Positions 38,236 through 51,649 are shown, counted from the first letter of the stretch. The stretch is 64,000 nucleotides of DNA from Isurus oxyrinchus (GCA_026770705.1 JANJGN010000075.1:2418001-2482000), one strand, 5' to 3'. Notes: generated from the letters alone by a model not told the origin. Program-made: numbers and translations.

Positions 38236-41200
38236 TGTGGAGGGGGGGAATTTGCACTTCGAAATTACCCGCCTGGCTGTATTACTGTAACCCACTGGTT
38301 TCCAGGACAAGAGCTGCAAAACGGGAAATGTCTGTATAAATCGTCTCTCCTGGTCCAGAACAAACACAGGATGAATAAAGGCGATGAAGATATAAACAAT
38401 TAATTCTGCCCCATAAAATTTGGGTGTTTCCAATGTTTGTTCCTGGTTTAATAAGTCGGATGCACCAGACTAGCGCCCGCCGCAAATGGCAATCCCCTTT
38501 TCAGCGCTCACACGCCATCAGCCGGTGCCCAGATCCAGCCACCCAGTGACTGAACCTCCTAGAGACTGGCAAAGAACAGAGCCTGTAATAGCCGTGAGGC
38601 GCCAGCAGATGGCAGCATTGGAACACTTTAATCTCAGGGAAGTTTCTCCAACCTGTGGAGAGTTAAACTTTCACTTTCCACCTCCATAATTTAGGCATAT
38701 AGTGGGCGACGGTGAATGTGTGGAGATCATAATTGGAGTTTAAATTCACCATTTATGGCGGGGCGTGGGGGGGGAGGGGGAATTGGTGAACGTGTGGAGA
38801 TAATATTTGTGGTTTAATAAACCAATTACTGCGGGTTTGCGTGTGTGCAGATTATATGTTGGGCTTAATAAAACAATTACTGGGGCGGGTGAATGTGTGC
38901 AGATTACATTTGCGTCTTCATAAAACATTGACCGGTGGGTGGGGTGAAGGTGTGGAATTATATTTGGGCTTTTAACAGCTCCAAAACTAATGGAGTTATC
39001 ATTTGAGATTCTGTGGGGAGGGGAAGATTCACCTGTTTCACCAGAGTCGACGCCGGGTTTCAGAACGAGGGACTGTCGCTGACAATTCTGTTGGAGTCTT
39101 TGGATGAGATTTAGAACTGATGGGGCAAATAGGTTGAGGCGGGGTGGGGGGTGGCGGTGCAAAAGTGGAGGTGGGGCATTTGTATTTCGACTCTACCCGT
39201 CTGGCTGTATCACTGTAACCCACGGGTTCACAGGACAAGAGCTGCAAATTGGGAAAGATCTGTATAAATCTTCTCTCCTGGTCCGGCACAGTCACAGGCT
39301 GAATAAAGGCGGTTAAGATGTAAAAATTAAATTCCGTCCCATGAAATGTGGGTGTTTCCAATGTTTGTTCCTGTGATAAGGAGTCGGCCTGAGAAATGTT
39401 GAAAATTATCAATTCATTAGAAATATTTAGCAAGATGAAGTCTTTGGGTTTAAATATTGACAATGTCTTGCAGGGATTTACAGAGCACAGCCAAGTTTTC
39501 CAGATACTGGGACCAGTACCTGAAATCGGTAGCTAATGCCCACATTGCCGCCTCGAAAAATCCCCCAAACACCATCTGCAGACAATATCTCCAATGGGGA
39601 AAGGAGCAGATCTCATGGGTAGTGCCCGCTGCTAAAGGGGCGAATGCGCTAGTCGAGCGACGACTGCAAATTTCAATTGCCTTTGCTGCATTCCCGCCCC
39701 ATCAGCCTGTGCCCAAAACGAGCCAGCCAGTGATTGAACCTCTCTGAGACGAGAAAAGAGCAGCGCCTGCAGTAGCTGTGAGCCGCCAGAAGATGGTGGC
39801 ATTTGATCACTTTCTAATCAGGAAAGTTCCTCCAACTCGTGGAGCGTTGAACTCTCACTTCCCATCTCCCCCATTATCAATTTACTCATTTACTGGGCTT
39901 TGTGTAGGGTAGGGGGGGGGCGATGAATTTGTGGAGATTATATTTGGGATTTTAATAAAACATTTACTTGTCTGGGTGGAGGGGGAGGGGTTAAGGTGTG
40001 GCGAAAATATTTGGGGCTTGAACTACTCCAAAAATAACAAGGGGAATCATTGAGAATCTGTTTGTGTATTGTGCAGTTGGGAAGATTCATGTGTTTCACC
40101 AGAGTCAACGCCGTGATTTGGAAACTGAGACTCTCGCTGGCAATTCTGCTGGAGACTTTGGGTGAGGTTGGAACTGGTGGGGTAAAATGTTTGGGGGGTG
40201 TCAACAGTGGAGGTCGGGCATTTGTATTTCGATTCTGCCCGTCTGGCTGTATCACTGTAATCCACAGGTTCACAGGACAGGAGGCGCAAAGTGGGCAAAG
40301 TCTGCATTAATCGGCTCTCCTGGTCCGGCTCAGGCACAGGGTGAATAAAGGCGGTAAAGGTGTAAACATTAATTTCTGCCCCATATAATGTGGGGGTTTC
40401 CGCTGCTTGTTTCTGTGATAAGAAATGGGGTGAAAATTTGAGAAAATTAACCTGGGAACTTATTCATCAGAAAACTTTAGCAAGGTTAAGTGCATGGGGT
40501 TAAACATTGACAGTGTCTTTCTGAGGATTTACAGAGCACTGCAAAGTTATCCTGACACTGGGACCAGTGCCAGGAATCGGTACCAAACGTCCACTTTGCA
40601 GCCTGGAATAATCCCCCAAACACCATCTCCAGACAATATCTCCAATTGGGAAAGAAGAGCAGAGCTCATGGACAGTGTTCGCTGCCAAAGGGTCGAATGC
40701 ACCAATGGATGGTCCGCTGGAAATTTCAATCCCCTTTGCTGTGTTCACACCCCATCAGCCTGTCCCTCGACGCAGCCAACGAATGACTGAACCTCTCTGA
40801 GATTGGCAAAGAGCAACGCCTGCAGTAGCAGTGATACGCCAAAAGATGGTGGCATTGGATCACTTTCATCTCCAGAATGTTCTTCCAGCCTGTGGAGAGT
40901 TAAACTTTCGCTTTCCATCGCCCCCATTATGAATTTATTCATTTTCATGGGGGAGGATGCATGTGTGGAGATTATATTTGATGCCCTAATACAACATTTA
41001 CTTCGCGGGCGGGTGAATGTGTGGAGATTTTATTTGGGATTTAACATCTCCAAATATAATGCAGGCATCATTGAGACTGTGTGTGTTTATTGTGCAGTGG
41101 GAAAGATTCACCTGTTTCACCAGAGTCGACGGCAGTTTTCGAAAGGGAGATTCTCGCTGACAGTTCTGTTAGAGACTTTGGGTGAGGTTTAGAACAGGCG

Positions 41201-43735
41201 GGGTAAATGGGCAGTGGGCAGGGGTACGGGAGTGGAAGTGGGACATTTGTAATTCGACTCTGCCAGCCTGCCTGTATCACTGTAACCCACAGTATGAAAG
41301 GGCAAGGACTGCAAAATGGGAAATATCTGTATAAAACGTCTCTCCTGGTCCAGCACAGACACATGGTGAATTAGGTGATGAAAATGAAAAAAAATTAAAT
41401 TCCACCCCATAAAATGTGGGTGTTTGCAATGTTTGTTCATGGGATAAAGAGTCGGTTGCACCTGTCGAGCGCCCGCTGCAAATTTCAATCCCTTGCAGCG
41501 ATCACACCTCATCAGCCTGTGCCCAGATCTCGCCTGCCAGTGACTGAAACTCTCTGACACTGGCAAAGAGAAGCGCCTGCAGTTGCTGTGACCTGCCAAC
41601 AGACGGTGGCATTGGATAACTTTCATCCCAGGAAAGTTTCTCCAACCTGTGGAGAGTTAAAATTTCACTTTCCATCTCCCCAGTTCAGTAATTTACTGTG
41701 GGAGGATGAATGTAAAGACCTTACAATATTGGCTTAATAAAATATTTACTGGAGGCTTGAATGAGTGGATGTTGTATTTTAGGCTGATTAAAACAATTAC
41801 TGGGAGGGGGAGGTGAATGTGTGGAGATTATATTTGAGTCTTCATAAAACATTTACTGGTGGGTGGGGTGAAGATGTGGGATTATATTTGGGGCTTTAAC
41901 AGCTCCAGAAGTAATTGAAATATCATTTAGACTCTGTGTGTTTATTGTGTGGTGGGGAAAATTCACTTGTTTCACCAGAGTCAAAGCCGGATTTTCGAAA
42001 GGGAGACTCTTGCTGAAAATTCCATTAGAGACTATGGGTGAGGTTTAGATCTGGGAGGGTAAATAGGTTGGGGCGGATGAGCGGGAAGTGGAGGTGGGGC
42101 ATTTGTATTTCGACCGACTGTATCACTGCAATCCACAGGTTAACAGGGCCAGAGCTGCAAAATGGGAAAGGCCTGTTTAAATCATCTCTACTGGGCCGGC
42201 ACCGACACAGAGTGAATAAAGGTGGTAAAATGTAAAAACTACATCTCGTCCCATACAATGTGGGTGTTTCCACTGCTTGTTTCTGTGATAAGGAATGGGG
42301 TGAAAATTTGAGAAAATTATCCTGGGAACGTATCCATCAGAAACCTATAGCAAGATGAATTGTGTGGGATTAAATATTGACAATGTCTTTCTGAGGATTT
42401 GCAGATCACAGCAAAGTTATCCTAACACTGGGAGCAGTGTCTGAAATCGGCACCAAACGTCCACCTTGCAGCCTGGAATAATCTCACAAACACCATCTCC
42501 AGACAATATCCGACGCAATGGGGAAAGAAGAGCACAGCTCATGGGGCGAATGCGCCAGTCGATCGCCTGCTGGAAATTTCAATTCCCTTTGCAGTGTTCA
42601 AACCCCATCAGCCTGTCCCTAGACGCAGCCAGCCAATGACTGAATCTCTCTGAGACTGGCAAAGAGCAGCGCCTGCAGTAGCCGTGCTCCGCCAACAGAT
42701 GGTGGCATTGGATCCCTTTCAGCTCAGGAAAGTTCCTCAACCTGTGGAGAGTTTAACTTTCACTTTCCATCTCCGCCCTTATCAATTTATTCATTTACGG
42801 GTGAATGTGTGGAGATTATATTTGTTTTTTTTAGTAATCCATTTATTGTTTGGGGGTTTTAGGGGTGTGGTGATTATATTTGGGGCTTTAACAGCTCCAA
42901 AAATAATGAGGGGAATCAATGAGACTTTGTGTGTTTATTGTGCGGTTAGGAAGATCCGCCTGATTCACCAGAGTCGACGCCAGTGTTCGAAAGGGAGACT
43001 CGCTGACAATTCTGTTAGTGAATTTGGGAGAGGTTTAGAACTGGCGGGGTAAAATGTTTGGGGGTGGGGCGGTCAAGAGTGGAAGTGGGGTATTTCACTT
43101 CAACTCTGCCCGTCTGGCTGTATCACTGTAACCCACAGGATCACAGGACAAGAGCTGCAAAATGGGAAAGGTCAGTATAAATCTTCTCTCCTTACTCGGC
43201 ACAGAGACAAGGTGAATAAAGGTGGTAAAGATGTAAAAAGTAAATTCCGCCCCATTAACGTGGGTGTTTCCAATGTTTGTTCCTGGGGTAAAGAGCCGGT
43301 GTGAGAAATGGAGAAAATTATCCTGGGATTGTATTCATTAGAAACCTTTACCAAGATGCAGTGTGTGTCAGTGGAGGGGGGGCGGCTGCAGGGGTGGGGT
43401 GGTGAAGGGTGTGGGGCTAAACATTGACAATGATATGCTGAGGATTTACAGAGCATTGTAAAGTTATCCTGACACTGGGACCAGTGCCTGAAATCGGTAT
43501 ATAACGCCCACATTGCCACCTTGAATAATTCCCCAAACATCATCTCCCGACAATGTATCCAACAAGGAAAGAGGAGCAGAGCTCTTGGACAGTATCCCCT
43601 GCTAAAGAGGCGAATGCACCAGCCGAGAACCCGCTGCAAATTTCAATCCATTTTGCAGCGTTCACTCGCCATCATCCTCTGCCCAGACCCAGCCACCCAG
43701 TTACTGAACCTCCCTGAAACTCCCAACGTCAGACC
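38236..43735. repeat. Diverged tandem repeat, about 0.85-1.05 kb unit, 6 copies
   Basis: Anchor ctgtatcactg(t/c)aa(c/t)ccac at about 38277, 39205, 40247, 41272, 42118 and 43118, with colinear shared blocks. Confidence 0.9.
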
Positions 43736-43919
43736 TGTAGTTAGGTCACAGAGTCGCCATTTCATGGTCGCCAAGGTTGGAAAGGCTGAATGGCCTCTTC
43801 TTCACATTGTCATAGAATTCAACAGGTGTTTATTACTAAAGTAAGCGGCTGGATCATCTGGGGTGTGGTTCTGTGGTAGGGAGCATGATTTTCTCACGTG
43901 TGAGAACAGAGTAGAAGAG

Positions 43920-44830
43920 TTTATATGAGCAGGAGAAGGTCATTCAGCAAACAAGCCTGTTGCACAATTAAATAAATCGCACGATCATACGAAATAAATG
44001 CAGAAGCAGGCCATTCGGCTCATCAATAAAATTAAAAAAGGCCCTGACTCATATGTTTGTGCTTCGAATTTCACATTCCCATGTACGCCAGAAAACCACT
44101 GACTCCCTTGCTAATTAGATTCTATGTACCTCCGCCTTAAAAGTATGTAGTGACCCCATCGGAGACAGAGAGTTCCAACATCTCACAGCCTTCTGAGAGA
44201 AAAAGATAATCTCCACATCTCTGTCCTAAAAGGTCGATCCCGAAGTTTAAAACAGGGCCCCCTGGTTCTAGACTCTCTCACCAGCAGAAACATTCTTTCC
44301 ACATTCAACTTTTGCAGACAATTCAGGATCTGATGCAATTAAATGAAGCAACCCCTTGCTCTTCTAAACTCCAGTGGAAACAAGCCCAGTCTATCCATTC
44401 TTCCCTCATATGACAACCCGCTCATTCCAGGTCAAAATCTAATAAACCTCCTCTGAACCGCCTCCAACTCATGGCTGATCTTGTACCTCAACAGGATTTT
44501 GCTGCACTATCCACATGTCCCCTGATGTTTTTAATATCTTGAAATCTGTTTAGAAAACACGCGATAACTGAGCCTCTGCATCCCTCTGGGAGAGAGGTTG
44601 TAAATATTCATCACCCTCTGAGTGAGTGAATCCCTCCACATCTCAGTCCTTAATGGCGTGTCCCTTATTCTGAGACGGTGTCTCCTGGTTCCAGACCCGC
44701 CAACCAGAGGAACCATGCTTCCTGCATCGAACTTGTTGAGCCCGGTAAGAATGTTGTGTGCACCGATGAAATCACTCGAGAGAATACAGGCCCACTCCCC
44801 TCCATATCTCTTCATACGACAAACAGCCGT
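43920..44830 (-). mobile_element. CR1 3' fragments (two, minus strand)
   Basis: Reverse-complement CR1 tails and ORF 44531-44815 (ILTGLNKFDAGSMVPLVGGSGTRRHRLRIR...TQRVMN). Confidence 0.8.
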
Positions 44831-45414
44831 TTTCGTTGCTCTGCCTCTGTGTCACGTAAACCCTCACATCGGTCGTGAGAGCAAAACTTTTCCAAAATCC
44901 CATGTTTCCAAGAATTGATGCAATTCTCATTAGTCTTATCTACTCCGGTAAAAAACTTCTCTGCCACTCAAGCCCAACTTACCATTTGCCTCGCTAAGTA
45001 CTCGCTGTGCTGTTATGACAGCAAAATATAGGCAGCCACAGGCTGCCAATTGGAAAAAACCGTGTACGGGTTATCTTAAATCCCCTCAGCTTCAGACCCA
45101 AAGGCATTGGCCACAGATCCCATTGTCAGATCAAGATCCAGAGATCCTGGACTTTTTTTTTGCACAGTCTCCTTGAGTTCCGGACATCCAGCCAATGTTT
45201 TCAAATGGCCCATATCTCAGTCAGAAATGTCACACCACTGAGACAAAGGTAAACTTACCGTGCCTGTTCGTCCAGCAAAATGATACAATGGCGGTTAAAT
45301 GCATTCAGATTGCAAATCATTCATGGCTTAAGTTGAAGAACAAACAAGACTGGAGCTCTAAAGGGGCCCTCTCTCCCTACCTACATTCGTTGTTTTAATG
45401 TATAGCTGGTTAAT

Positions 45415-45472
45415 GTGGATTTAGCTCAGTGATAGAGCGCATCCTTAACATGTAGGAGGCCCGCCATCTCCA
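45415..45472 (+). pseudogene. tRNA-Ala-derived pseudogene lacking the T-arm
   Basis: gtggatttagctcagtgatagagcgcatccttaacatgtaggaggcccgccatctcca resembles vertebrate tRNA-Ala; B box deleted; followed by tttt. Confidence 0.7.
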
Positions 45473-45479
45473 CGCTTTT

Positions 45480-46400
45480 GTCACTCATGTGGGCGTGGCC
45501 GATTCTGCCCAGCATTTATTGCCCAATCTTATTTCCCTTGAGAAGCTTGTAGTGAGCTGTGCCCTTGGTCCGCTGCAGTCCATGTGGTGTAGGTAAACCC
45601 ACGGCGCTCTTCAGGAGGCAGTTCCTGGAATTTGACACAGCGACAGTGAAGGAACGACAGATCTATGTCCAAGTCAGGACGGTGAGTGGCTGGGAGGGGA
45701 CCTTCCAGGTGGTGGTGTTCCCATGTGTCTGCTGCCCTTGTCCTTCTAGATGTTGGAGGCCGTGGATTTGGAAGATGCTGTCTATGGAGCCTTGGTGTGT
45801 TTTTACGGATCATTTTGTACGTGGTACACATTGTTGCCAGTGTTTCTTGGTGTTGCAGCGAGTGAATGACTCTGGATGTGGTGCCAAACTTGCGGGCTGC
45901 TTTGACATGGATGTTGTCAAGTTGCTTCAGTGTTTTTCGAGCTGCACTCACCCAGGCAGTTGGGAAGTACTCCAACACTCTTCACTTGTGCTTTACAGAT
46001 AGTGGACAGGCTTTGTAGTGTCACGAGGTGAGTTACTCGCCGCTGGATTCTCAACATCTGACCTGAGCTTTTATGGCTACTTCAGCTTAGTTTCTGGTCA
46101 ATTGTAACCCCCAGGGTGTTGATAGTGGGGGATTCATCGATGCTAATGCTATTGCACGTCAAGGGACGATGGTTATCTTCTCTCTTCTTGCAGATGGTCA
46201 CTGCCTGGGACTTCTGTGGTTGAATGTTACTTGCCACTTGTCAACTCAAGCCTTAATATTGTCCGAAACTTGCTTCATTTGGACTGCTTCAGTGCCTGAG
46301 GAGTCATGAATGGTGCTGTACATTGTGCAATCGTCAGCAAACATCCCCATTCCTGACCTTATGATGGAAGGAATGTCCTTTATGAAGCAGCGGAAGGTGT
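45480..46400 (-). mobile_element. Second CR1/L2-clade LINE family, 3' fragment
   Basis: FADDCTMYS RT motif (ORF 46246-46539) and MLEYFPTAW...LDNIHVKAAR C-terminal ORF2 remnant (ORF 45529-45978). Confidence 0.82.
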
Positions 46401-46569
46401 TTTGGCCGACGGCTTTCCAAATGCCATCCAAATTGTTGATAGAACACAGGACGTGTTTCATTCCATTAACCTTAAAATGCAGGAATACACAAAATATAGG
46501 AAAGAAACAGTGGTTACAGCACAGGAAGAGGCCATTCATCGCATCATATCTGTTTTGACTCTCATTTGA

Positions 46570-47470
46570 TTACTCAAAAGAGAGAAAAAAGGAACAGCTG
46601 GGACTAAAGGACCGAAGGGATGGTTGCTAATCTTGCTGTTGGAACAAAAGTAGGTGGGAAAGTAAGTGGTGATAAGGACATAAGGAGGCAACAAAGGGTT
46701 ATGGATAGGACAGGCGAATGGGCCAAGATCTTCGAAATGGTAAGAGATGCAGTGAGATCCGGATGTTCTGGTGCATGAGTCACACAAAAAAATTATGCAG
46801 GATCAGCAAGTGTTTAGGAAAGCGAATAAAATGTTAGAATTTATTGCGATGGGATTTGAGTACAAATATAGGGAGGTCATACTTCAGTTGAATAGCGCAT
46901 TGGTGAGTCTATGTGTGAAGTACTGTGTGCAGTACTGGTCTCCTGATTTATGGAAGTGTGTAAATATGTTGGAAGAAGTTCAGAGGAGGTTTACGAGACT
47001 AATACCAGGAATGAGCGGTTTGTCTTATGAGGAAAGGCTGGAGAGCTTGGCATGCATCCACTGGAGTTTAGAAGTGTAAGAGGGGACTTGATTGAAACAT
47101 AAGAGGTCCTGAGGCATGTAGACAGGGCGGATGTGGAGAGGGTGTTTCCTCTTGAGGGAGAATCTCGAACTAGGGGTCGCCCTTTGAAAATAATGGGTCG
47201 CCCATTTTAGACCAAGGTGGGGAGAATGCTTTTATTTCTATCGGGGGGTCGTGAGACTTTGGAACTTTCTTCCTCAAAAGGTAGTGGAGGACGAGACTGT
47301 GAATATTTTTAAGGCAGACGTGGTTAGCTTCTTGATTAACAAGGGGGTGAAAAGCTTTAATCGGGCATTAGCGGGAATCTGGGATTTAGGTTATCAATCA
47401 GATCATCCGCGATCTGATTGAATTGCAGAACCGGCTCGACATAACGAGTGGTTTACTCCGGCTCCTAATT
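46570..47470 (+). mobile_element. CR1 (HER1-like) 3' fragment
   Basis: ORF 46771-47079: KANKMLEFIAMGFEYKYREVILQL...YCVQYWSP...LEEVQRRFTRLIPGMSGLSYEERL. Confidence 0.9.
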
Positions 47471-47878
47471 GGGTTCCCTAATTGCCCCGGGGGGATTAAG
47501 AGCAAGAGTAGGACGTTCTGTACTCGAACCTGCTCCACCATTCTATAAGAACATGGCTGACCTGATTTGGGTCTCAACTCCACTTCCCTGTCTGAGCCCC
47601 ACCCCACCCACTCGAACCCACCCCACCCCACTCCACCCTTCCCCAACCGCACACATGCCCCTCGAATCCATTGACTATAAGCAACACAGACTCTCTTAAT
47701 CAGCTTTGAACATATTTAACATCCACTGCTCTCAGGGGAAGAGGATTCCACAGATTAGCGGCCTCTCAGAGAAAATGGAGTCGATTCACAAACAGTGACT
47801 CAATGACTGAAGCATCTCCAAGGATGAATAACATTCTCTGCCTCTGTGTAGACTTCGAAATTACAGTGAAGTAAGCAT

Positions 47879-47945
47879 GGAGATATGGGATTGGAGGTCT
47901 ATGGTAAAGCGCATGCTTCGCATGCTTCGATCCTCGGCATCTCTA
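47879..47945 (+). pseudogene. tRNA-Ala(CGC)-derived remnant
   Basis: tggtaaagcgcatgcttcgcatg-cttcgatcctcggcatctcta: anticodon arm and 3' half are recognisable, variable loop region deleted. Confidence 0.65.
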
Positions 47946-48830
47946 TGTTACCAGCTGTCAAAATTTAAACATGCGTTAGATGTAAATTAAAGACAACACC
48001 GGACAACCCGCTTCGGCGGGTTAAATGAGTCGATAGTCCAGGTTCATCTGCGTCTTTTCACTTGGACACATTTCTTCCATAGGCGTTCTCTAAAATGCTT
48101 CCATCCTTTGATCTTTGATGCTCTCGAACCCAATAAACATAGTCTCTCTTTCCTCTCTCTCTATCTCAGCCTGGTCCTTCCCTCTTCTCCGCTTCCTCAA
48201 TTCCTCAGGACACAGCTTAAAGGCTCTGGCGCAAAAGGGCTTGATCAGAACTGGCTGGACCCCTTGATCACACCATCCGGTCCTATCCTGCGTTGCTCAC
48301 AGATCCGGGATCACCCTGAAATGGAATGGTATTCCTTAAAAATGACATTCGTATTTTGTTTTAGAAAGTATAATCTTGTCACAGTCAGACTCTATAGTGG
48401 TGGGGTATTAGACACAGAGACTCCCATGGAGGGCGGGGGGAAGCTGTTGTGGGGTCTATGGGTTGGATAAGCCCCACTCTCCGCGAAGGGTGAGAAGTGT
48501 AGGTCCACCAGGCCTCGGTGAGTGTGGGAGGAGGGGTGTGGTGGGGGTGGGTGGTATCGCTGCCTGAGCCCTCAGTCCTGGGCTGGAGATGAACCCCAGG
48601 GCCCACTCTGCCAGTTCATTGCTCTGCTGTGGAATGTGTTGCTGTGCAAATCAGTGCTGGCCCTGCCTCCCTATTTCATGTCGCGCAGTCAAGAAAAAAC
48701 GTTAATAACAACAATGTCTAAATCGTTAATATAAATGCTGGTCTGAGAGCTGATCCGGATGGAACCGCCTTTCTCTCTTCCAGTGATTCGAGTAAAATCA
48801 GGACAAGGCCAGTCGTCAAATTGTAATGTA

Positions 48831-48836
48831 TTTATT
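48831..48836 (-). terminator. Candidate polyadenylation signal of receptor gene B
   Basis: AATAAA on the minus strand about 530 nt after the stop, in repeat-free 3' UTR-like sequence; a second one at 48906-48911. Confidence 0.5.
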
Positions 48837-49368
48837 GCGAAAATGAAAGCGCGGGATTGCTTTATAACCAGACTGGGATAAAATTAAAATAGCTTCCAAA
48901 GTATCTTTATTAACTATAGCAATAACAAAAATCGCTTCCCCAGCAACCAACATGAGTAAAACCCCGCTCTGAAATGGCAATGGATTTTGGCCTTCAGTTT
49001 GTGGGCGTGGAGAATTGCCTAATCTTAGCACAGAGAATGTAATATGGCGGAGGAAGGGAATAATCAGGCAGTTGGTAAAGGGCAGGTCATCATCGGTACC
49101 AGTGGTTGAAATCAGTCCCATTCCATAAGCGTCGCCTGATCCATCTCTCCGCATCTTCATTCTGGCACTCGTCTCAGACGGGACCGGCGCCCAGGGACAG
49201 CTATTCAGTGAATGGGCTAGAACATCACCTGAGCTTGGAGTTGTCGTTAAAACTAGCTGTAGATCAAGAGTTTCCTTGCATAATCGTGGAACAGGGTGGC
49301 TCGTTCATGGTCATTAAGCAGATCGGCACTGGGCTTCTCGCTGAGGGCCCGGGACCTCTGGGATTGTT

Positions 49369-49434
49369 CTACAGCTTCACCGTTGCGTAGAGGGTGCACT
49401 CCTCACTCTGGGCATGGCTGGTATCTCGCTGACA
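49369..49434 (-). CDS. Receptor gene B terminal coding exon with ITSM
   Basis: ttgctttcatcatcag|TGT CAG CGA...ACC CTC TAC GCA ACG GTG AAG CTG TAG = (CQ)RDTSHAQSEECTLYATVKL*. Phase 0; alternative in-frame acceptor at 49428. Confidence 0.82.
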   Translation of the reverse strand, partial: CQRDTSHAQSEECTLYATVKL

Positions 49435-49889
49435 CTGATGATGAAAGCAATCGTGCAATTGGTCAGAAATTCAGCAATCGTCTTAAAATGTGAGCAGAAA
49501 GAGGCAAAAACTCAGCAGCGGGCTTGGTCTTGTGATCAGATGTTAATATGGAGCAGACCTCAATGTCAAAGGGGATTGACTGTCTGCTTCTTGTTCCTTT
49601 TCCCAGTGAAGCTATTAGCACAGAGGGGAGCTGTTTCTTGTACTAACAAGTAGGGACTCACCAGCAAAGGCAGGGAAACAGGAGATTCCGAAAAATTTAG
49701 GAGTTTACGACCTGAGCGATAAGTACCCCACCCCTACGAAACACCACTACTCCCCACCCCGCCAACCCGCACCCAGCCCCACCCCCATTCCCCGCACAAG
49801 CTTTTTTCACTTAATTGGGAAGGGATACTCTCGGGATGTGCATTGTTAGGCCGATTCCCGATCACCAGAAGAGTATAAAAGCACAAGGT

Positions 49890-50450
49890 ATTAGATTAGG
49901 AGTAGGCTATTCGGTCCCTCGATAATGTTCTGCCCTTCGAAAAGGTCATAGATAATCTGATTGCGTCCTTAACTCCACATTCCGATCCCTCCCCATCACT
50001 CTTCACTCCTTTGGCAGTGTAAATTCTATCTAACTCAGCCATTAGTACATTCACTGACCCAGCCTTTGCTGCTCTCTGGAGGAGATAATTTCACAGACTA
50101 CCGATTCACTGAGATAAAAAATTCCTCCTCGGTTATGCATGGGAGATACCTTATTTTTAACTCCCACCCCCTCCCCCTGGTCTATTTTCTCCTTGGTGTG
50201 GCAGTATCCTCTGAGTATCTACCGTGTCAAGCTCCCTCACCCCACTAGAATCAATTTGATTCCAATATGATGATCACACTTTCGCCTGAACCGAAGTTTG
50301 TATAGGCCCAACCTGATCCACCTTTCCTCATAAGTTTAGGCTCTCAAACCAGTGATCAGCCTAGTGAAATTTCTTTGAACTGCTTCCAATGCAAATACGT
50401 CCGCTCCATAAATATTAAGATCAGGACCGCACATGCGTGGTCTCACCAAA
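49890..50450 (-). mobile_element. CR1 3' fragment (intronic)
   Basis: Reverse-complement CR1 tail (ggagtaggctattcgg) through gtggtctcaccaaagccct. Confidence 0.75.
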
Positions 50451-51234
50451 GCCCTATCAGCTACCATTTTATCTCACAGTAAATGTTTCTACTTTTATCA
50501 ATGCAGCATCAAAAAATCGAGACAAAACAACTTCCATGTTATGATACAATAATGCATGGTGCTGGACATTGGAATTTCACACTTGTTCAGTCTGGGAAAT
50601 AGAAATATGACTTGCTTCGATAATAATCTTTCTTGTATTCCACACACAATCCATATAGGAGCAATAACAGTAACATTTGAACAGTGCCTGTACCCGGTTC
50701 TATGGGGCTATATTTAAGATATACAGCTGCAAAAACGACATCTAAACTTTCAATTTACTTCATGGCCTGCACAAGGATCAACTCTTCACTTCTTTTTCAA
50801 AGATTCGTGCCCAAATGAGGTTCGGCTGTTCAATCCACTGAGACAAATATTGTTCAGTTGGATTCTCTCCCCCGCATGCATTTCAGTGGCAATTTTAAAT
50901 GTATTAAAGCTGTGATCGAAAATATATTTGTTCAATTAAACATTTACCAACGGACAAGTCGATAATGACATTAAAAAAGAGAACAAGGACTCAGAGGGTG
51001 AATGAAGCAAAATATTGCTCACATCCTTCTAGGTGTCTGAAGGAGCAAAATAGACAAAAGATCATCAGAGGATAGACAAAATTGCCCCCTGACCCCCGCA
51101 CACCCCACTCCCTCAAGCTTCCACCCACATGTATGCACCCACATTCGCACAGATACTGAGGCACACACGACTCACACCGCAGAGCCCGCTCACACACACA
51201 CAGACAACCCATCTGCTCATAGCACCGCCCCCTC

Positions 51235-51590
51235 AACCACCCACAGCACCCATCCCCTCAGCCGCCCACAGCAACCCCACCCCACCCTCAGCCGCCCACA
51301 GCCACTCCCCCCCCCACCCTCAGCCGCCCACAGCAACCCCCCCACCCTCAGCCGCCCACAGCAATCCCCCCACCCTCAGCCACCCACAGCAATCCGCTCT
51401 CCCCTCAGCCGCCCACAGCAACCCCACCCCGCCTCAGCCGCCCACAGCAACCCCCCCCCACCCTCAGCCGCCCACAGCAACCCCCAACCCCTCAACCACC
51501 CACAGCACCCCCAACCCCTCAACCGCCCACAGCAACACCCCCCACCCCCCTCCGCCGCCCACAGCACGCCCAACTCCTCAACCAACAACA
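51235..51590. repeat. C-rich minisatellite (about 26-31 bp unit)
   Basis: ccctcagccgcccacagcaacccc repeated about 12 times. Confidence 0.92.
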
Positions 51591-51608
51591 GCACCAATTG
51601 CAACTTAC

Positions 51609-51649
51609 ATCTTCTCCCTTCGGATTTGTTTGTAGGATAAGATCAGCGT
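51609..51649 (-). CDS. Receptor gene B cytoplasmic exon 3 (second part of ITIM)
   Basis: ttttggttttatttag|AC GCT GAT CTT...GAA GAT|gtaagt; 41 nt, phase 1/0; (Y)ADLILQTNPKGED. Confidence 0.82.

Noticed and set aside
38236-43735. Tandem protein-coding genes within the 1-kb repeat
   Set aside because: Homologous segments are open in different frames and strands between copies, with no consistent ORF or splice pattern.
51129-51635. 168-aa Pro/Thr-rich mucin-like ORF on plus
   Set aside because: Entirely a minisatellite, antisense within an intron of the receptor gene.
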